Assembly: GCF_963921235.1 (NCBI RefSeq)
Contig: NC_086097.1
Span: forward strand, 46,874,001 to 46,938,000
DNA: 64,000 nt
Source: Mobula hypostoma
Lineage: Eukaryota
Reading direction: 5' to 3'
Positions 48,030 to 61,689 of this stretch are shown piece by piece. The stretch's first letter is position 1; each line of letters starts with the position of its first letter. The notes under the pieces are model-generated. The model was not told the DNA's origin, did not search any database, and saw only the letters and a list, made by a program, of their open reading frames with translations. The position numbers and the translations under genes were made by a program.

Positions 48030-51000
48030 AGGAATAAAGTGAGGTGGAGGATAAATGCGTAGCTGATGGAGTGGAGCAGGGGGCAGGGATTCAGATTTCT
48101 GGATCATTGGGACCTCTTTTGGGGCAGGTGTGACTTGTACAAAAAGGACGGGTTGCACTTGAATCCGAGGGTGACCAATATCCTGGCAGGGAAGTTTGCA
48201 AAAGCTATTGGGAGAGTTTAATCTAGGATTGCTGGGGGGTGGGAACCAAACTGAAGAGACGAAGGAAGGGGTGGTTGACTCACAAATAGAGAAAGCTTGC
48301 AGGCAGTGTAACAGGGAGAATAGGCAGGTGGTAGAGAAGGGATGCGCTCAGACTGATGGTTTGAGATGTGTCTATTTTAATGCAAGAAGCATCATGAACA
48401 AAGCGGACAAGCTTAGAGCGTGGATCAGTACTTGGAGCTACAATGTTGTGGCCATTACAGAGACCTGGATGGCTCAAGGGCAGGAATGGTTACTTAGGAG
48501 TGCCAGGCTTTAGATGTTTCAGAAAGGTCAGGGAGGGAGGCAAAAAAGGTGGGGGCATGGCACTGCAGATCAGAGATAGAGTCACGGCTACAGAAAAGGA
48601 GGAAGTCATGGAGGGATTGTCTACTGAGTCTCTGTGGGTGGAAATTCGGAACAGGAAGGGGTCAATAACTTTACTGGGTGTTTTTTATAGACCTCCCAAT
48701 AGTAACAGGGACGTCGAGGAGCAGATAGGGAGACAGATTCTGGAAAGGTGTAATTATAACAGGGTCGTTGTGGTGGGAGATTTTAATTTCCCTAATATCC
48801 ATTGGCATCTTCAGAGAGCATGGGGATTAGATGGGGTGGAGCTTGCTAGGTATATTCAGGAAGGTTTCCTGACACAGTATGTAGATAAGCCTACAAGAGG
48901 AGAGGCTGTACTTGATCAAGCATTGGGAAATGAACTTGGTCTGGTAAACAACAGGAATTCTGCAGATGCTGGAAATTCAAGCAACACATATCAAAGTTGC
49001 TGGTGAACACAGCAGGCCAGGCAGCATCTCTAGGAAGAGGTACAGTCGACATTTCAGGCCGAAACCCTTCGTCAGGACTAGCAGGTGTCAGGTCTCTCAT
49101 TGGGAGAGCATTTTGGAGATAGTGATCATAATTCTATCTCCTTTACCATAGCACTAGAGAGGAATAGGAACAGACAAGTTAGGAAAGCGTTTAATTGGAG
49201 TAAGGGGAAATATGAAGCTATCAGGCAGGAACTTGGAAGTATAAATTGAGAACAGATGTTCTCAGGGAAATGTACGGCAGAAATGTGTTCAGGGGATATT
49301 TGCGTGACGTTCCAATAGGACAGGGAAAGGATGGTAGGATACAGGAACTGTGGTGTACAAAGGCTGTTGAAAACCTAATCAAGAAGAAAAGCTAAGCTTA
49401 CGAAAGATTCAAAAAGCTAGGTGATGATAGAGATCTAGAAAATTATAAAGCTAGCAGGAAGGAGCATAAAAATGAAATTAGGAGAGCCAGAAGGGACCAT
49501 GAGAAGGCCTTGGCAGGCAGGATTAAGGAAAACCCGAAGGCATTCTACAGGTATGTGAAGAGCAAGAGGATAAGATGTGAGAGAATAGGACCAATCAAGT
49601 ATGACAGTGGAAAAGTGTGTATGGAACCGGAGAAGATAGCGGAGGTACTTAATGAATACCTTGCTTCAGTATTCACTACAGAAAAGGACCTTGACGATTG
49701 TAGGAAAGGCTTACAGTGGGCTGAAAAGCTTGAGCATATAGACATTAAGAAAGAGGATGTGCTATAGCTTTTGGAAAGCATCGTTGGATAAGTCACAAGG
49801 ACCGGACGAGATACATCGCAGGCTACTGTGGGAGGTGAGGGAGGAGATTGCTGAGCCTCTGGCAATGATCTTTGCATCATCAATGTGAACGGGCGACATT
49901 CTGAAGGATGTCTCAGATGTTGTTCCCTTATTCAAGAAAGGGAATAGAGATAGCCCAGGAAATTACAGACCAGTGAGTCTTACTTCAGTGGTTGGTAAGT
50001 TGATGGAGAAGTTCCTGAGAGGCAGGATTTATCAACATTTGGAGAGGCATAACATGATTAGGAATAGTCAGCATGGCTTTGTCAAAGGCAGGTCATACCT
50101 TACGAGCCTGACTGAATTTTTTGAGAATGTGACTAAACAAATTGATGAAGGTAGAGCAGTAGATGGATTTCAGCAATGCATTTGATAAGGTACTCCATGC
50201 CAGGCTGTTTGAGAAAGGAAGCATGGGATCCAAGGGGGCCTCGCTTTGTAGATCCAGAATTGGCTTGCCCACAGAAGGCAAAGAGTGGTTGGAGATGGGT
50301 CATATTCTGCATGGAGGTCAGTGACCAGTTGTGTGCCTCAGGGATCTGTTCTGGGACCCATCCTCTTTGTGATTTTTATAAATGACCTGGATGAGGAAGT
50401 AGAAGGGTGGGTTACTAAGCTTGCTGATGACACAAAGGTTGGGGGTGTTGTGGATAGTGTGAAGGGTTGTCAGAGATAACAGTGGGACATCGATAGGATG
50501 CAGAACTGGGTTGAGAACTGGCAGATGGAGTTCAACCCAGATAAGTGTGAAGTGGTTCATTTTTGTAGGGCAAATTTGAAGACAAGAATATAATATTAAT
50601 GGTAAGACTCTTGGCAGTGTGGAGGATCAGCGAGATCTTGGGGTCCGTGTCCATAGGAGCTCTCAAAGCTGTTCTGCAGGTTGACAATGTTGCTAAGAAG
50701 GCATATGGTGGGTTGGCCTTCATAACTGTGGGATTGAGTTCAAGAGCCGTGAGGTAATGTTAAAGCTATATGAGACCTTAGTTAGACCCCACTTGGAGTA
50801 CTGTGTTCAGTTCTGGTCACCTCACTACAGGAAGGATATGGATACTATAGAGAGAATGCAGAGGAGATTTACAAGGATGTTGCCTGGATTGGAGAGCATG
50901 CCTTCTGAGAATAGGTTGAGTGAACTTGGCCATTTCTCCTTGGAGCGATGGAGAATGAGAGGTGATCTGACAGAGGTGTATAAGATGCTAAGAGGTATTA

Positions 51001-51340
51001 ACTGTGTGGATAGTCAGAGGTTTTTTCCCCAGGACTGAATTGGCTAGCACAAGGGGCATAGGTTTAAGGTGCTTGAAAGTAGGTACAGGGGAATGTCAGA
51101 GGTAAGTTTTTTACACACAGAGTGGTGGGTGCATGGAATGCACTGTCAGCGACAGTGGTAGAGGCAGATACAATAGGGTCTTTTAAGAGACTCTTAGATA
51201 GACTCATGGAGCTTAGAAAAATAGAGAGCTATGCAGTAGGGAAATTCTAGGCTGTTTCTGGAGAAGTTTACATGGTCAGCACAACATTGTGGGCTGAGGG
51301 GCCTATAGTGTGCTGTAGATATCTATATTCTATGTTCTAA
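48030..51340 (+). mobile_element. CR1 LINE: ORF1 end plus near-complete ORF2 pseudogene
   Basis: [89 protein letters not shown] tail. Confidence 0.92.
48946..49081 (-). mobile_element. 136-bp Penelope pseudo-LTR insertion with hammerhead (49044-49079) inside CR1
   Basis: Minus strand AGUC-CUGACGA-AGG..CCU-GAAAU-GUC-GACU; same 3' end as 26584 and 40546; flanks CTGGT/CAGGT. Confidence 0.85.
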
Positions 51341-53731
51341 ATACACACGTCACCCTGAAATTATGCTCTAATAAATACCAATTGTTAAGAAACTGGTTAA
51401 AGGAGAGAAAATAATGTTCAACTTTTCATGCAAGCCCCTGAAGTTTAAAGTTTAACTGATATCCTTGGAATCAGAACTTATTAACATTTACTTACACAAA
51501 ATTCTTCACTTCGGATGTCAGTTCCAAAGGAAATCAACAGGGTTGGAAAGTCAAGACCTTCTTATTAAAAGAAATCCTAAAAACTGCTCCATAAAGATAC
51601 ATTTAATTGGAGGTTAATGAAACAGTTGTTACCTGTGAAACTTTGTTTGAATATTACTACCTTGTTAACCTTTCTCTGATCTATTAATACATTACTTGAG
51701 TCCATTGACTCTCCTGTAATGATTGACGATCATTCACAAATCCTCTAGTTTGTGAAGTCAAACATTGTATAAATTGGAAACAATATGTTCATATTGCAAG
51801 ACACAGGAGCAAAATTAGGCCATTCAGCCCATCGAGTCTGCTTCGCTATTCAATTATGGCTGATTTATCATCCCTTTCAGCCCTATTTTATTACTGGAGC
51901 AATAAGTAGAACAACCCCAAATTTTTTAAAAAATACAACTGCTGGAAAACTCAAATGAAAAATAAAATTCTGTAAGCAAGTCAGACAAAATGAGCCCTTC
52001 CTTTTTCTGGAAAAATATTTTTCCGTGATAACGATGGAAGATTGCATCAATCCTGTTTCTCTCTCAGCAAAATTGCAGACCTGCTGAGTAATTCCAGTAT
52101 TTTTTCTACCTAATGTCCTTTACATAATATTTATTTAGTGCTCAATGTTTTACTTTCAATATTTGGATTGTTCAAACTTCCACTACTTTGGCAAACAGCC
52201 ATTCAATTCAGAATAGAAAAATGTTCACAGGATACAGATGATGACGTACTGATCTAATTAATGGCTAAAATGTTGACATTTTTGTTGAGTTTCCATTCAA
52301 TTTTGATACAATGATATCATACTGGAAATTCTTGAATTGAATGGATTTTCCCTGGTAAACCTCTGAAGGTAAAAAAAAGGAAAATGTAACAACATAGTAG
52401 AGGCCACATAATCTACTCCTTATTCCTTGGTGACTGTAATCATAGTCAGCTTTCCAGTGGCTTTGAAAGAAAGCTCAATGTGGAGAGAACGTGGTATTTT
52501 CTTAATACTGTACGATAACGGTTTCAGATGATCAAGATAAATTTTGAAATACTTACTGAAGAAAATTCTATTTCAGAGCTAATATTTTCACAAAGGGTAA
52601 ATAAATAACTGAAAGCACATTCTACTAATTAGTTTGCTAACAAGCAAATAAAGCAATAAAAGGAAATGATGGAAGCCACACTTCGATGTAACGCATCGAT
52701 TTTCTCAAAGGAATTTAAGAAAATGCTTATTTTCTACAATAATTAAGTTATGGTCCTGCATAGCTCAATGGGTGTCTGTGATCTACAACCAAACAGACTC
52801 ATCCTGAATCCCCACCTGTGCTCAATTTACAGAGGGAGATCCTACATTAACAGTGCCAAGTTTTAAAGGTGGAAATTAATCTGGACTCCCACTATCTCAA
52901 GATCACTGTCAACAGAATTGTCCTCTAGGCCTAAGTAGCCATTCACGTTCTTGAAAGTGCAAGTTTTACTTCAGGAGGGAGTCAGAAATACACTGGTCTC
53001 TATGACAGTTCTCTTCTAAATTGCTGGCAAAGTATAAACTGATTTCTGCCCCATGTTTCAGGCCAATGACTTCAAACAATAACTCTCTCAACAAAGGTGC
53101 TGCCTGACATGTTAATTACATCAGCATTCTCTGCTGATGCTTCAAATTGTACATCCACAGCATTTTACAGTAATATATCTGGGCTATATTGGTTTCACTT
53201 GGGCCTATGTGACAACAAGACACCCTTGTCCTTATTTTTACCAGAATATTGTCTTCAGGTCCTAAGGAAACTCGAACATTGATAGCTCCATATAAGAATT
53301 AGAAGTTTGCTAATTGTCAAGGTTGTTTTAAAACATTTTCTTTTGCTCATTTTGAGCATGCCTGGCAAATCTTGCATTTATCGTCTATCTCTTGCTGCCC
53401 TTGAGAACATGGAGCCGCCTTCTTGTAGTCCCCTTGGTGAAAGTGCTGGCAAAATACTTCAAGGTAGTGCATAACTTGGACGGAAATCTGTAGGTGGCAG
53501 TACTCCTGAACTTTTGCTGCCCTTGCCTTAGTTGGAGGTAGAGGTTGCAGATTTGCCTGTCTAACAATTGCAGTACATTTTGTAAATGATACAAACAGCA
53601 GCTACTCTACATAAATAGTGGAGAAAACAAATATACAGGATGTTTTGAAAACTAATGGAAATAGAATTTACAGCTCAGAGAAGAGATGATAAATTGGAAT
53701 ATTCAGCAAGCAACATCTTGTTCAACTCTAA

Positions 53732-54705
53732 AGGCTACATCCACACTACGCCGGATAATTTTGAAAACAAAGCTTTTTCTCTTCGTTTTGACCTTCCGTC
53801 CACACTGAAACGCCGTTTTCAGCCCCCGAAAATAGAGATTTTCAGAAACAGTCTCCAGAGTGAATAATTCTGAAAACGCCTAACATCCGTTGCAATGTGT
53901 ACAGGGTAACCGGAGCTTTTTAAAACCGCTGTCATGACGTGCCAGAACAAATGGCGGCAGTCCAGCATTTCATTGTTTTCTTCTTATTATTATTATTTAT
54001 TGTCGCCAAACAATTGACACTAGAGCGTACAATCATCACAGTGATATTTGATTCTGCGCTTTGCAGAACCTAACAATTTCAGAACAGACGGCAATGAGAC
54101 TGAAGCCAGAAGAGTTAGAAATGTACTCAGCAAATACTTTGACCCATAGCTTACTGAATAAATAAGTATACTCACTTTGCCCTGTTTTCTGTCCTTGCTT
54201 GTATGAAGATGGTTTACCTATTTATGCAAGTACTTCTCTGACAATAGATGTGTAACAGCCTAATGTAACATTGTATGGAAATACAAGATAACACTGATGT
54301 AGACATGTTTTATACATTTAACAAGGTGCTTTATTAATGCAATAGAGTTAGTCAGTTTTTCAATGTTTGTCGTCAGCCGGGTCATACTGTCCGTGAACTC
54401 CCAGTCGGTTGCCTCCATACGCTCCAGTATTTGTGTTTTTAGTTTTAAGTCCTGCTGCACGAGAGCCAAGAGCAATTCCTTTTAAGTTTTTCTACTCTGT
54501 AACTGGACAAACGCGCACTGAAAGTATACCGTTTCCTCTTCGCTTGTTTTCTGTGTGTCCTGCGCGTGCCCAGTTGAGGAGATTCGCCCAAATATCCGTG
54601 TTAGTATGGACAGAGATATTTTGAAAAACGCTTAGTGTGTACACCTGTCATTCTTACTCGAAACTGGCGTTTTCAAAATTATCCAGTGTAATGTGGACGT
54701 AGCCT
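53732..54705 (-). mobile_element. Non-autonomous PIF/Harbinger-like element
   Basis: About 37-bp TIRs AGGCTACATCCACACTACGCCGGATAATTTTGAAAAC / GTTTTCAAAATTATCCAGTGTAATGTGGACGTAGCCT; flanks TAA/CAA; internal coiled-coil-like remnant at 54260-54475. Confidence 0.8.
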
Positions 54706-54904
54706 CAATTTTTCAATCAAATCTCTTAATCTTTTTTATTTACACCTCATTCCTTTACTTCTCACTCAGGTTTTCCTGGGGAAGGATCAAATCTTGATTC
54801 TTCCTTTATTCTGTTCCCTTCTTTCTCCAGCTTGCCTTCAAAAAATTCTTGATCCTCATACTTGCTTCCTGACTGCTGAAATTTCCAACATTTACTCGCA
54901 CTTA

Positions 54905-56010
54905 ACAAGATAAAATCCTACGGTGTTACAGGAAAGATGAATGGCTGACAAGCAGGAGGCAGCGAGTGGGAATAAAGGAGGCCTTTTCCAGTTGGCTGCC
55001 AGTGACTAGTGGTATTCCTCAGGGGTCAGTATTGGGACTGCTACTTTTCACATTGTTTGTCAATGATTCAGATAATGGAGAAATGATGGCTTTGTGGTAA
55101 AGTTTGCAGATGATATGAAGGTGGGAGGAGGGGTAGGTATACTGAGGAAACAATGCAATTGTAGCAGGACTTAGACAAATTGAAAGATTAGGCAAAAAAG
55201 TGGCAGATGGAATACAGTGTTGGGAAATGTATGATAATGCATTTTGGTAAAAGGAACAATCATGCGGACGATCATCTAAATGGGGAGAAGGTTCAAACAT
55301 CAGAAGTGCAGAGGAACATAGGAGTCCACATGCAAGACTCCCAAAAGATTAATTTACAGGTTGAGTCTGTGGTAAAGAAGGCAAATGATGGCATTTATTT
55401 CAAGGGGAATAGAATATAAAAGCAAGGAGATAATGCTGAGGCTTTATAAGACACTAGTCAATTCACACTTGGAGTATTGTCAACAGTTTTGGGTCCATAT
55501 CTAAGAAAAGATGTATTGTCATTGGAGAGAGTCCAAAGCAGGTTCACAAGAATGAGTCCAGGAATGAAAGGGTTAACATATGAGGAGCGTTTGGCAGATT
55601 TGGGCCTTGTACCCACTGGAATTTAGAAGAATGCGGGGGGGATCTCATCGAAACCTACCGGATGTTCAAAGGACTAGATAGGATGGATATGGACAGGATG
55701 TTTCCTGTGATGGGGGTATCCAGAACTAGAGGGCACAGCCTCAAAATTGAGGGGTGACCTTTTAGAACAGAGGTAAGGAGAATTCACAGCAGTGAATCTG
55801 TGGAATGCTCTGCCTCAGACTGTGGTGGAGGCCAAGTGGGTATTTTTAACGTGGAAGTTGATAAGTTTCCTGATCAGTCAGAGCATCAAAGGATATGGTA
55901 AGAAGGCAAGTGTATGGGGTTGAGCGGGACTGGGATCAGCCATGATGGAATGGCGGAGAAGACTCAATGGGCTGAGTGACTTTATTTTGCTCCTATGTCT
56001 TATGATCTTA
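54905..56010 (+). mobile_element. 5'-truncated CR1 LINE
   Basis: SGIPQGSVLGLLLF, KFADDMK, WQMEYSVGKC; CR1-like 3' UTR ending TCCTATGTCTTATG. Confidence 0.85.
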
Positions 56011-57039
56011 AACAATGCACTTTCGATATTGCCTGATGTCTCGCAGACTTTTCTGGACTTATACCATTAATCAGTAAAAATGCAACTTCAGTGCAAATAA
56101 AGCTTGGAAAGTTGAAGTTCACAAAAAGTTACATGCATCTCATGAAAGACCTTATTCATAAGATCACCGTCTTTAGTCTTCCACACATTTGTACCAATGC
56201 AAATGCTATAAGCAGCGAGAGTGGATAATTGATGCATTAGCTCTCCAAAGTGAACATGGGAATATATACTTTCATGATCAATTTGCAAACATGAAGAAAA
56301 TATTACTCAATACAGATCACTACCCCTGAAACAATTATCTGGTTTCATCACTTGAATAGAAAACTACGTCAACAGTAGCTGCAAGAAAAAGAGCTGAGTC
56401 TAGTCATTCAGGTTCGGGTGAGGGGAAAATTACAAACCTAAATATAAAGTTCAAATGTAAAGTTGCAATTTGCATAATGATAACAGAGTGTGACAGGAAA
56501 GTACAGAGCGTTTAATTCTAATAACTCTTAGCAAAGAAATTAACAAGTAAATTCTGTAAAAAAGAAGTTAAAAAGTAAAAAATAGTTAAAATTAAAAGGA
56601 TTGGATAAAGAACAAAATACAGGAATAGAAATGTACTTCTTTTCAAGATGACAGGGTGTTCTTGTCAGCAGGGTGCCAGAAGGAACAGCAAGCTGAAGTT
56701 CATATTAATGTCTTAAATGGAAAAACACAATGTTACATTTCCAAATGTGCTGACAATACAAAACTATGCATGGAAAGCAATGTGTGAGGAATTCACAAAA
56801 TGTGAAAAAAGAATATAGGCAGGTTAAGCAAGTGGGAAAGACAACACAATATAAAATTATGAACTTCAGCATTTTTACTTTTTCATGTTTAATATTTTTA
56901 CATAGTAAGAATTAGTAAATTTCTTTCTACGAAGTACATAGCAGTGTGCTGGTTCATGAAATGCACAATGTAAACCGGGAGACATACCAAGAAGCCGCAA
57001 CTACAAATGATATGCTGGCCTTTTCCAGAGCACCTGGTC

Positions 57040-58005
57040 ACTATCTGCAACAGCCATCTTAATCTTTTGGTTGCATGTCATTCTAACTCGCTTCCCACTC
57101 CTGCACTGGCATGTCTATCCCCTAAAGGGGCCAAACGCAAATTCGAATAACAGTTCTTATAGAATTTGGGTCACTCATAACTCAAAGGCACGAACAGTGA
57201 ATTTTCCAACTTTGGGTAACTCACAACCCAATTCCTCCAACACACATTCATCTGTCCACCTCATTTTATTCTCACTTTATTCACCTCTCCAATCCCTCCC
57301 CTCACCTGTATCATCTAGCCATCATCCCTTCCCCATCTGATTCAACCCATCATCGACCAGTCTTTCCCCTGATACACCAACAAACGTTCCTGTTCGCTTT
57401 GTCCTGATGCTGGGGCTTGACACAAAGTGTTGACTTTCATCTTTTACCTCCACAGATCCAAGCATTCTTCCAGCATTCTGTTCATTGTTACAGGCAAATC
57501 TTTGGTATAATCACAGTGCGCTCTTCACAAAAAAAGTGTGGAGTTTCAGATTTCCATATTCTGATTCTTAAATCCCGCCCCCTCCCCTCTTCTTCTAATC
57601 CCCACTCTGGCCTTTTGCCTCTTCTGATCTGCTTATCACTTCCCCCTGGGACCCCTCCTCCTTTGCTTTCTCCTATGGTCCACTCTCCTCTCCTGTCACC
57701 GATTCCTTCTTCTCTAGCCCTTTACTTTCCCACCTACCTGGCTTCACCTATCACCTTCTAGTTAGCCTCCTTCCCCTCTTCCCACCTTTTTAATCTGGCA
57801 TCTTCCCCTTTCCTTTTCAGTCCTGAAGAAGGGTCTCGGCCCGAAATACTTGTGTGTGCTGCTCTGGATTACAGGCATCAGCAGATTTTTTTCACATTTG
57901 TAATGTTAACTGTTTATTCATTTCCATAGATGCTGCCCAACCTACTGAGTTCCTCCAGCATTTTGGGTGTGTTGCTTTGAATTTCCAGCATCTGCAGACT
58001 CCCTG
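57040..58005 (+). mobile_element. Two tandem degenerate Penelope 3'/pseudo-LTR remnants
   Basis: Pyrimidine-rich tracts; decayed hammerheads near 57401 and 57819; downstream GATGCTGCC..GCATCTGCAGA. Confidence 0.65.
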
Positions 58006-58228
58006 ATCCTTAAATCTACAATGTCTACTTCCCCACCCCCACCATGTTCAATTATTCAACTGTGGTTTCATCTTACAGTAGTTGATCCTTTTGCTCATCA
58101 TGAGTTTCTCAACAGCTCACTGTGATTTCACCAAACCTGAGACTCCCTAGGCTTTGTAATTTTTTTTTAATATGTCTTTAAAGATATAACACAAGATTTT
58201 ATACAGCAAAATCTGTACATGAAATATA

Positions 58229-58797
58229 CACTAAGTGGCCACTGAGTATATGAGTGTTCAGGGGTTACCACTGAGTGTATTTCTGTATGTGCGTGGTCTT
58301 TTGCTGCTGTGGCAGATCCACTTGAAGGTTTGATGTGTCATGCATTCAGAGATGCTCTTCTTGCACATCACTGCTGTAACGTGTGGTTATTTGAGTTACT
58401 GTCACCTTCCGGTCAGCTTTAATTAACCTAGTCATTCTCTGACCTCCCTCAGCAACAAGGTATTTTGACTCACAGAATTGCCATTCACTGGATACTTTTT
58501 GTTTCTCACAACATTCTCTGTAAACTCCAGAGACTGTTGTGCGTGAAAATCCCAGAAGATCAGCAGTTTCTGACGTACTCAAACCACTTCATTTGGCACC
58601 AACAATCATTCCATTGTCAAAGTCACTTAGACACTTAGATCACAATTCTTCCCCATTCTGATGTTTGGTCCAAGCAACAAATGAACCTCTTGATGATGAC
58701 TGCATGCTTTTATGCATTGAGTTACTATCACGACTGATTAAATATTTGCATTATTGAGCATTTGTACAATGCATCTAAGAAAGTGGCCTCTGAATAC
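58229..58797 (-). mobile_element. Non-autonomous Tc1/mariner element with HTH remnant
   Basis: TA-CACTAAGTGGCCAC start; ETADLLGFSRTTVSGVYRE..KADRKVTVTQIT; same family as 223-5207. Confidence 0.8.
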
Positions 58798-58799
58798 AT

Positions 58800-59890
58800 A
58801 TAGGTTTCCAAAAGGCATCTGACAAATTGACACATAACAGTTTGGTATATAACTAATGAGTTCTTGGTATTGGAGGAAGTATGTTAGCATAGATGGAATG
58901 CTGCCTAGATAACAGAAAACAATGATTTGGAGTACTAAATCTTTTTCAGATTGGAAAGATATAACAAGCAGAATACCACAGTGATCAGCCTTTGGCCCTC
59001 AATTAATTTAATATATAAATGACCTGGAGAAAGGGGTAAATTATAAGCTATCCAGGTTTGTCAATGACAAAAAAATGGAAGGACTGTTATGACAAAGATA
59101 TTGTGATCATACAACAGGATATAAACAGATTGAGAGCTTGTACAAAATCTTGGCAAATAGATTTCAACTTGTGAAGTCATTACTTCAGTAGGAGGAATCA
59201 AAAGGTAAACTACTCTCAATGAAGAATGAGTGAAGTACAGAGGGATCAAGGTGTTCTGGTGAATGAATCACAGAATATGAGCTGGTAATTATGAAAGTGA
59301 GTGGCATTTTATTCCATTGAGGATACAATTTAGATACAGAGAATTATTTATTATCATTGTATAGGGTGTTTGTAATGCCATGACATGAATACTGCACACA
59401 GTTTTGGTCTCCTTACCTGAAAAGGAATATTGTAGCATTGGAGGCTGGTTCACCAAGCTAATTCCTAGGATGTTAGGTAGGACTGTCCTATCAAGAGAGG
59501 CTTAACAGTTTAGATAAGTATTCTGCGGAGTTTAAAAGAATATACAGTATTTAGACAAGATTTTGAGGGAGCAGAACAGAGGTGATGTTGAGATGATTTC
59601 ATTAGCGGGAGAGTCTCATACAAGGGGTCTTAGCTACATGATAAGGGACCCGTTCTTTAAAATGGAGGTGTGGAGAAATTTATTTTTGCAGAAGGTGGTG
59701 AATCTCTGGAATTCTCGGCCCCAAAAGCATGCTTGATCATTAAAAGTATTTAAGGCCGATGTGGAAAAATTCTAGTCTAAGAGGAAAGCACAGAAGACGA
59801 GCTGAGACCACTATAGATCAGCAATAATCAAAATTAATGGTGAGGCAGACATGAAGAGCTTGCTGGACTAGTCCTGTTCATAGTTTCTTC
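58800..59890 (+). mobile_element. Old degenerate CR1 RT/3' fragment
   Basis: FQKASDK, EYCTQFWSPYLK remnants. Confidence 0.65.
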
Positions 59891-60054
59891 TGTTGCTGTT
59901 TATACCTGCCTTCCCATTTCAACTTTCCCAGTATTTTGATTTTTTTTCTGAAGGCCTGCCTAAGCCAACTAATACATATTTAGTGTTTCTCCAAATTGTT
60001 CTTCACACCTTCTATCTTCTTGCCAAGCTAAACCGCTGGCTGCAGCTTCAGTTG

Positions 60055-60808
60055 TCTAGAAACATTGAACACCTACAGCACAATACAGGCCCTTTGGCCC
60101 ACGATGCTGTGCCGAACATGTACTTATTTTAGAAATTACCTAGGGTTACCCATTGCCCTCTATTTTTCTAAGCTCCATGTACCTATCCAGGAGTCTCTTG
60201 AAAGACCCTATCATATCTGCCTCCACCACCATCGCCAGCAGCCCATTCCACGCACTTACTACTCTCTGCATAAAAAACTTGCCCCTGATATCTCCTCTGT
60301 ACCTACTTTCAAGCACCTTAAAACTGTGCCCTCTCATGTTAGCCATTTCAGCCCTGGGAAAAAGCCTCTGACTATCCACACGATCAATACCTCTCATCAT
60401 CTTATATCAGGTCACCTCTCATCCTCCGCCGCTCCAAGGAGAAAAGGCCAAGTTTACTCAACCTATTCTCATAAGGCATGCTCCCCAATCCAGGCAACAT
60501 CTTTGTAAATCTCCTCTGCACCCTTTCTGTAATTTCCACATCCTTCCTGAAGTGAGGTGATTAGAACTGAGCACAGGACTCCAAGTGGGGTCTGAACAGA
60601 GTCCTATATAGTCCTCTCGGCTCTTAAACTCAATTCCATGGTTGATGAAGGCCAATGCACCGTACGCCTTCTAAACCACAGAGTCAACCTGTACAGCAGC
60701 TTTGATTGTCCTATGGACTCGGACCCCTAGATCACTCTGATCCTCCACACTGCCGAGAGTCTTACCATTAATACTATATTCTGCCATCATATTTGACCTA
60801 CCAAACTG
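60055..60808 (-). mobile_element. 5'-truncated CR1 LINE, same subfamily as 24484-25503
   Basis: MMRGIDRVDSQRLFPRAEM..FFMQRVVSAWNGL; near-colinear with 24484-25213. Confidence 0.88.
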
Positions 60809-61094
60809 AACCACATAGGGAGGAAAAGGGAGGAGGTCCTGAAAACAGACTACAGGGAGTTAAGAAGGAAGTTAAGAATCAGGATCTCAAAGGTAGTAAT
60901 CTCCTGTTCAAGTTCAGTTTATTGTCATTCAACTGTACACATATATACCACCAAATAAAACCACACCTCCAGACCAAGGTGTGCAACACAGTACATATAA
61001 CTCACACACACAAAAACACATAAAAGCAATATTACCATAAATAAATTAACAAATAATAAGATGCATTTTGTTTCTCATTCCTTAAGGTTATTAA

Positions 61095-61670
61095 AGCCAG
61101 GGGTGGTAGTGCAGACAAGCTCCCATTATCTAGTAAATGCTCCCAATGGTGTGTACCTCAAATAGCCTCTGACAACCAAGTCCAGCTCCCGGCCTTCACG
61201 TGTGGCCTAGCTACTAAGCCTGACGGAACAATTTCTACTGACAGGAGAAGGGGCAAAGACGGATTACTTTAAACCCTGTCACTTCAGGCAGATGGGGCTC
61301 GTCAGCCGTGGTGGACTGCTCATCGAGGAGAAGGAAAACTCTTAACTCAAATCTCTGCTACTTTGTGGCTATACCCACTCATGAGGAAGGCTTTGGGAGT
61401 AAACAACGAGAGAAAAATCTGGAGCTAAGAGTCCTTAAGGCAGTCCTACATTGAGTTCAATGCTGACTGGCAACTCCTGCGATGCTGCTGGTGCCGAACA
61501 GTATCGGTCTCTGGCGTTCCTTTGGGTTCATCAGATGCATGGAGAGGGGGGCTTGCTACATGGGCAACAGCTTACTCTCCATATTGTACAGCCAAGCTTG
61601 TGTATCTAGACAGCTGGAATGCAAATCCACAATCAACTCTGACCAACAGAGGCTTCAGACCAAAAGACTA
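61095..61670 (+). mobile_element. Probable non-autonomous RTE-like element
   Basis: Non-coding block with GGAGAAGGAAAACTCT..AAATCTCTGC resembling RTE 5' UTR motifs (from memory). Confidence 0.4.
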
Positions 61671-61689
61671 TACTGTACTCCAGATAAAC

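Noticed and set aside
52270..52380. Minus-strand acceptor TTTTTTTTACCTTCAG
   Set aside because: All frames stop within about 100 nt and only weak donors are available.
56088..56288. Minus-strand ORF in unique sequence
   Set aside because: Bounded by stops, no convincing splice sites, no recognisable motif.
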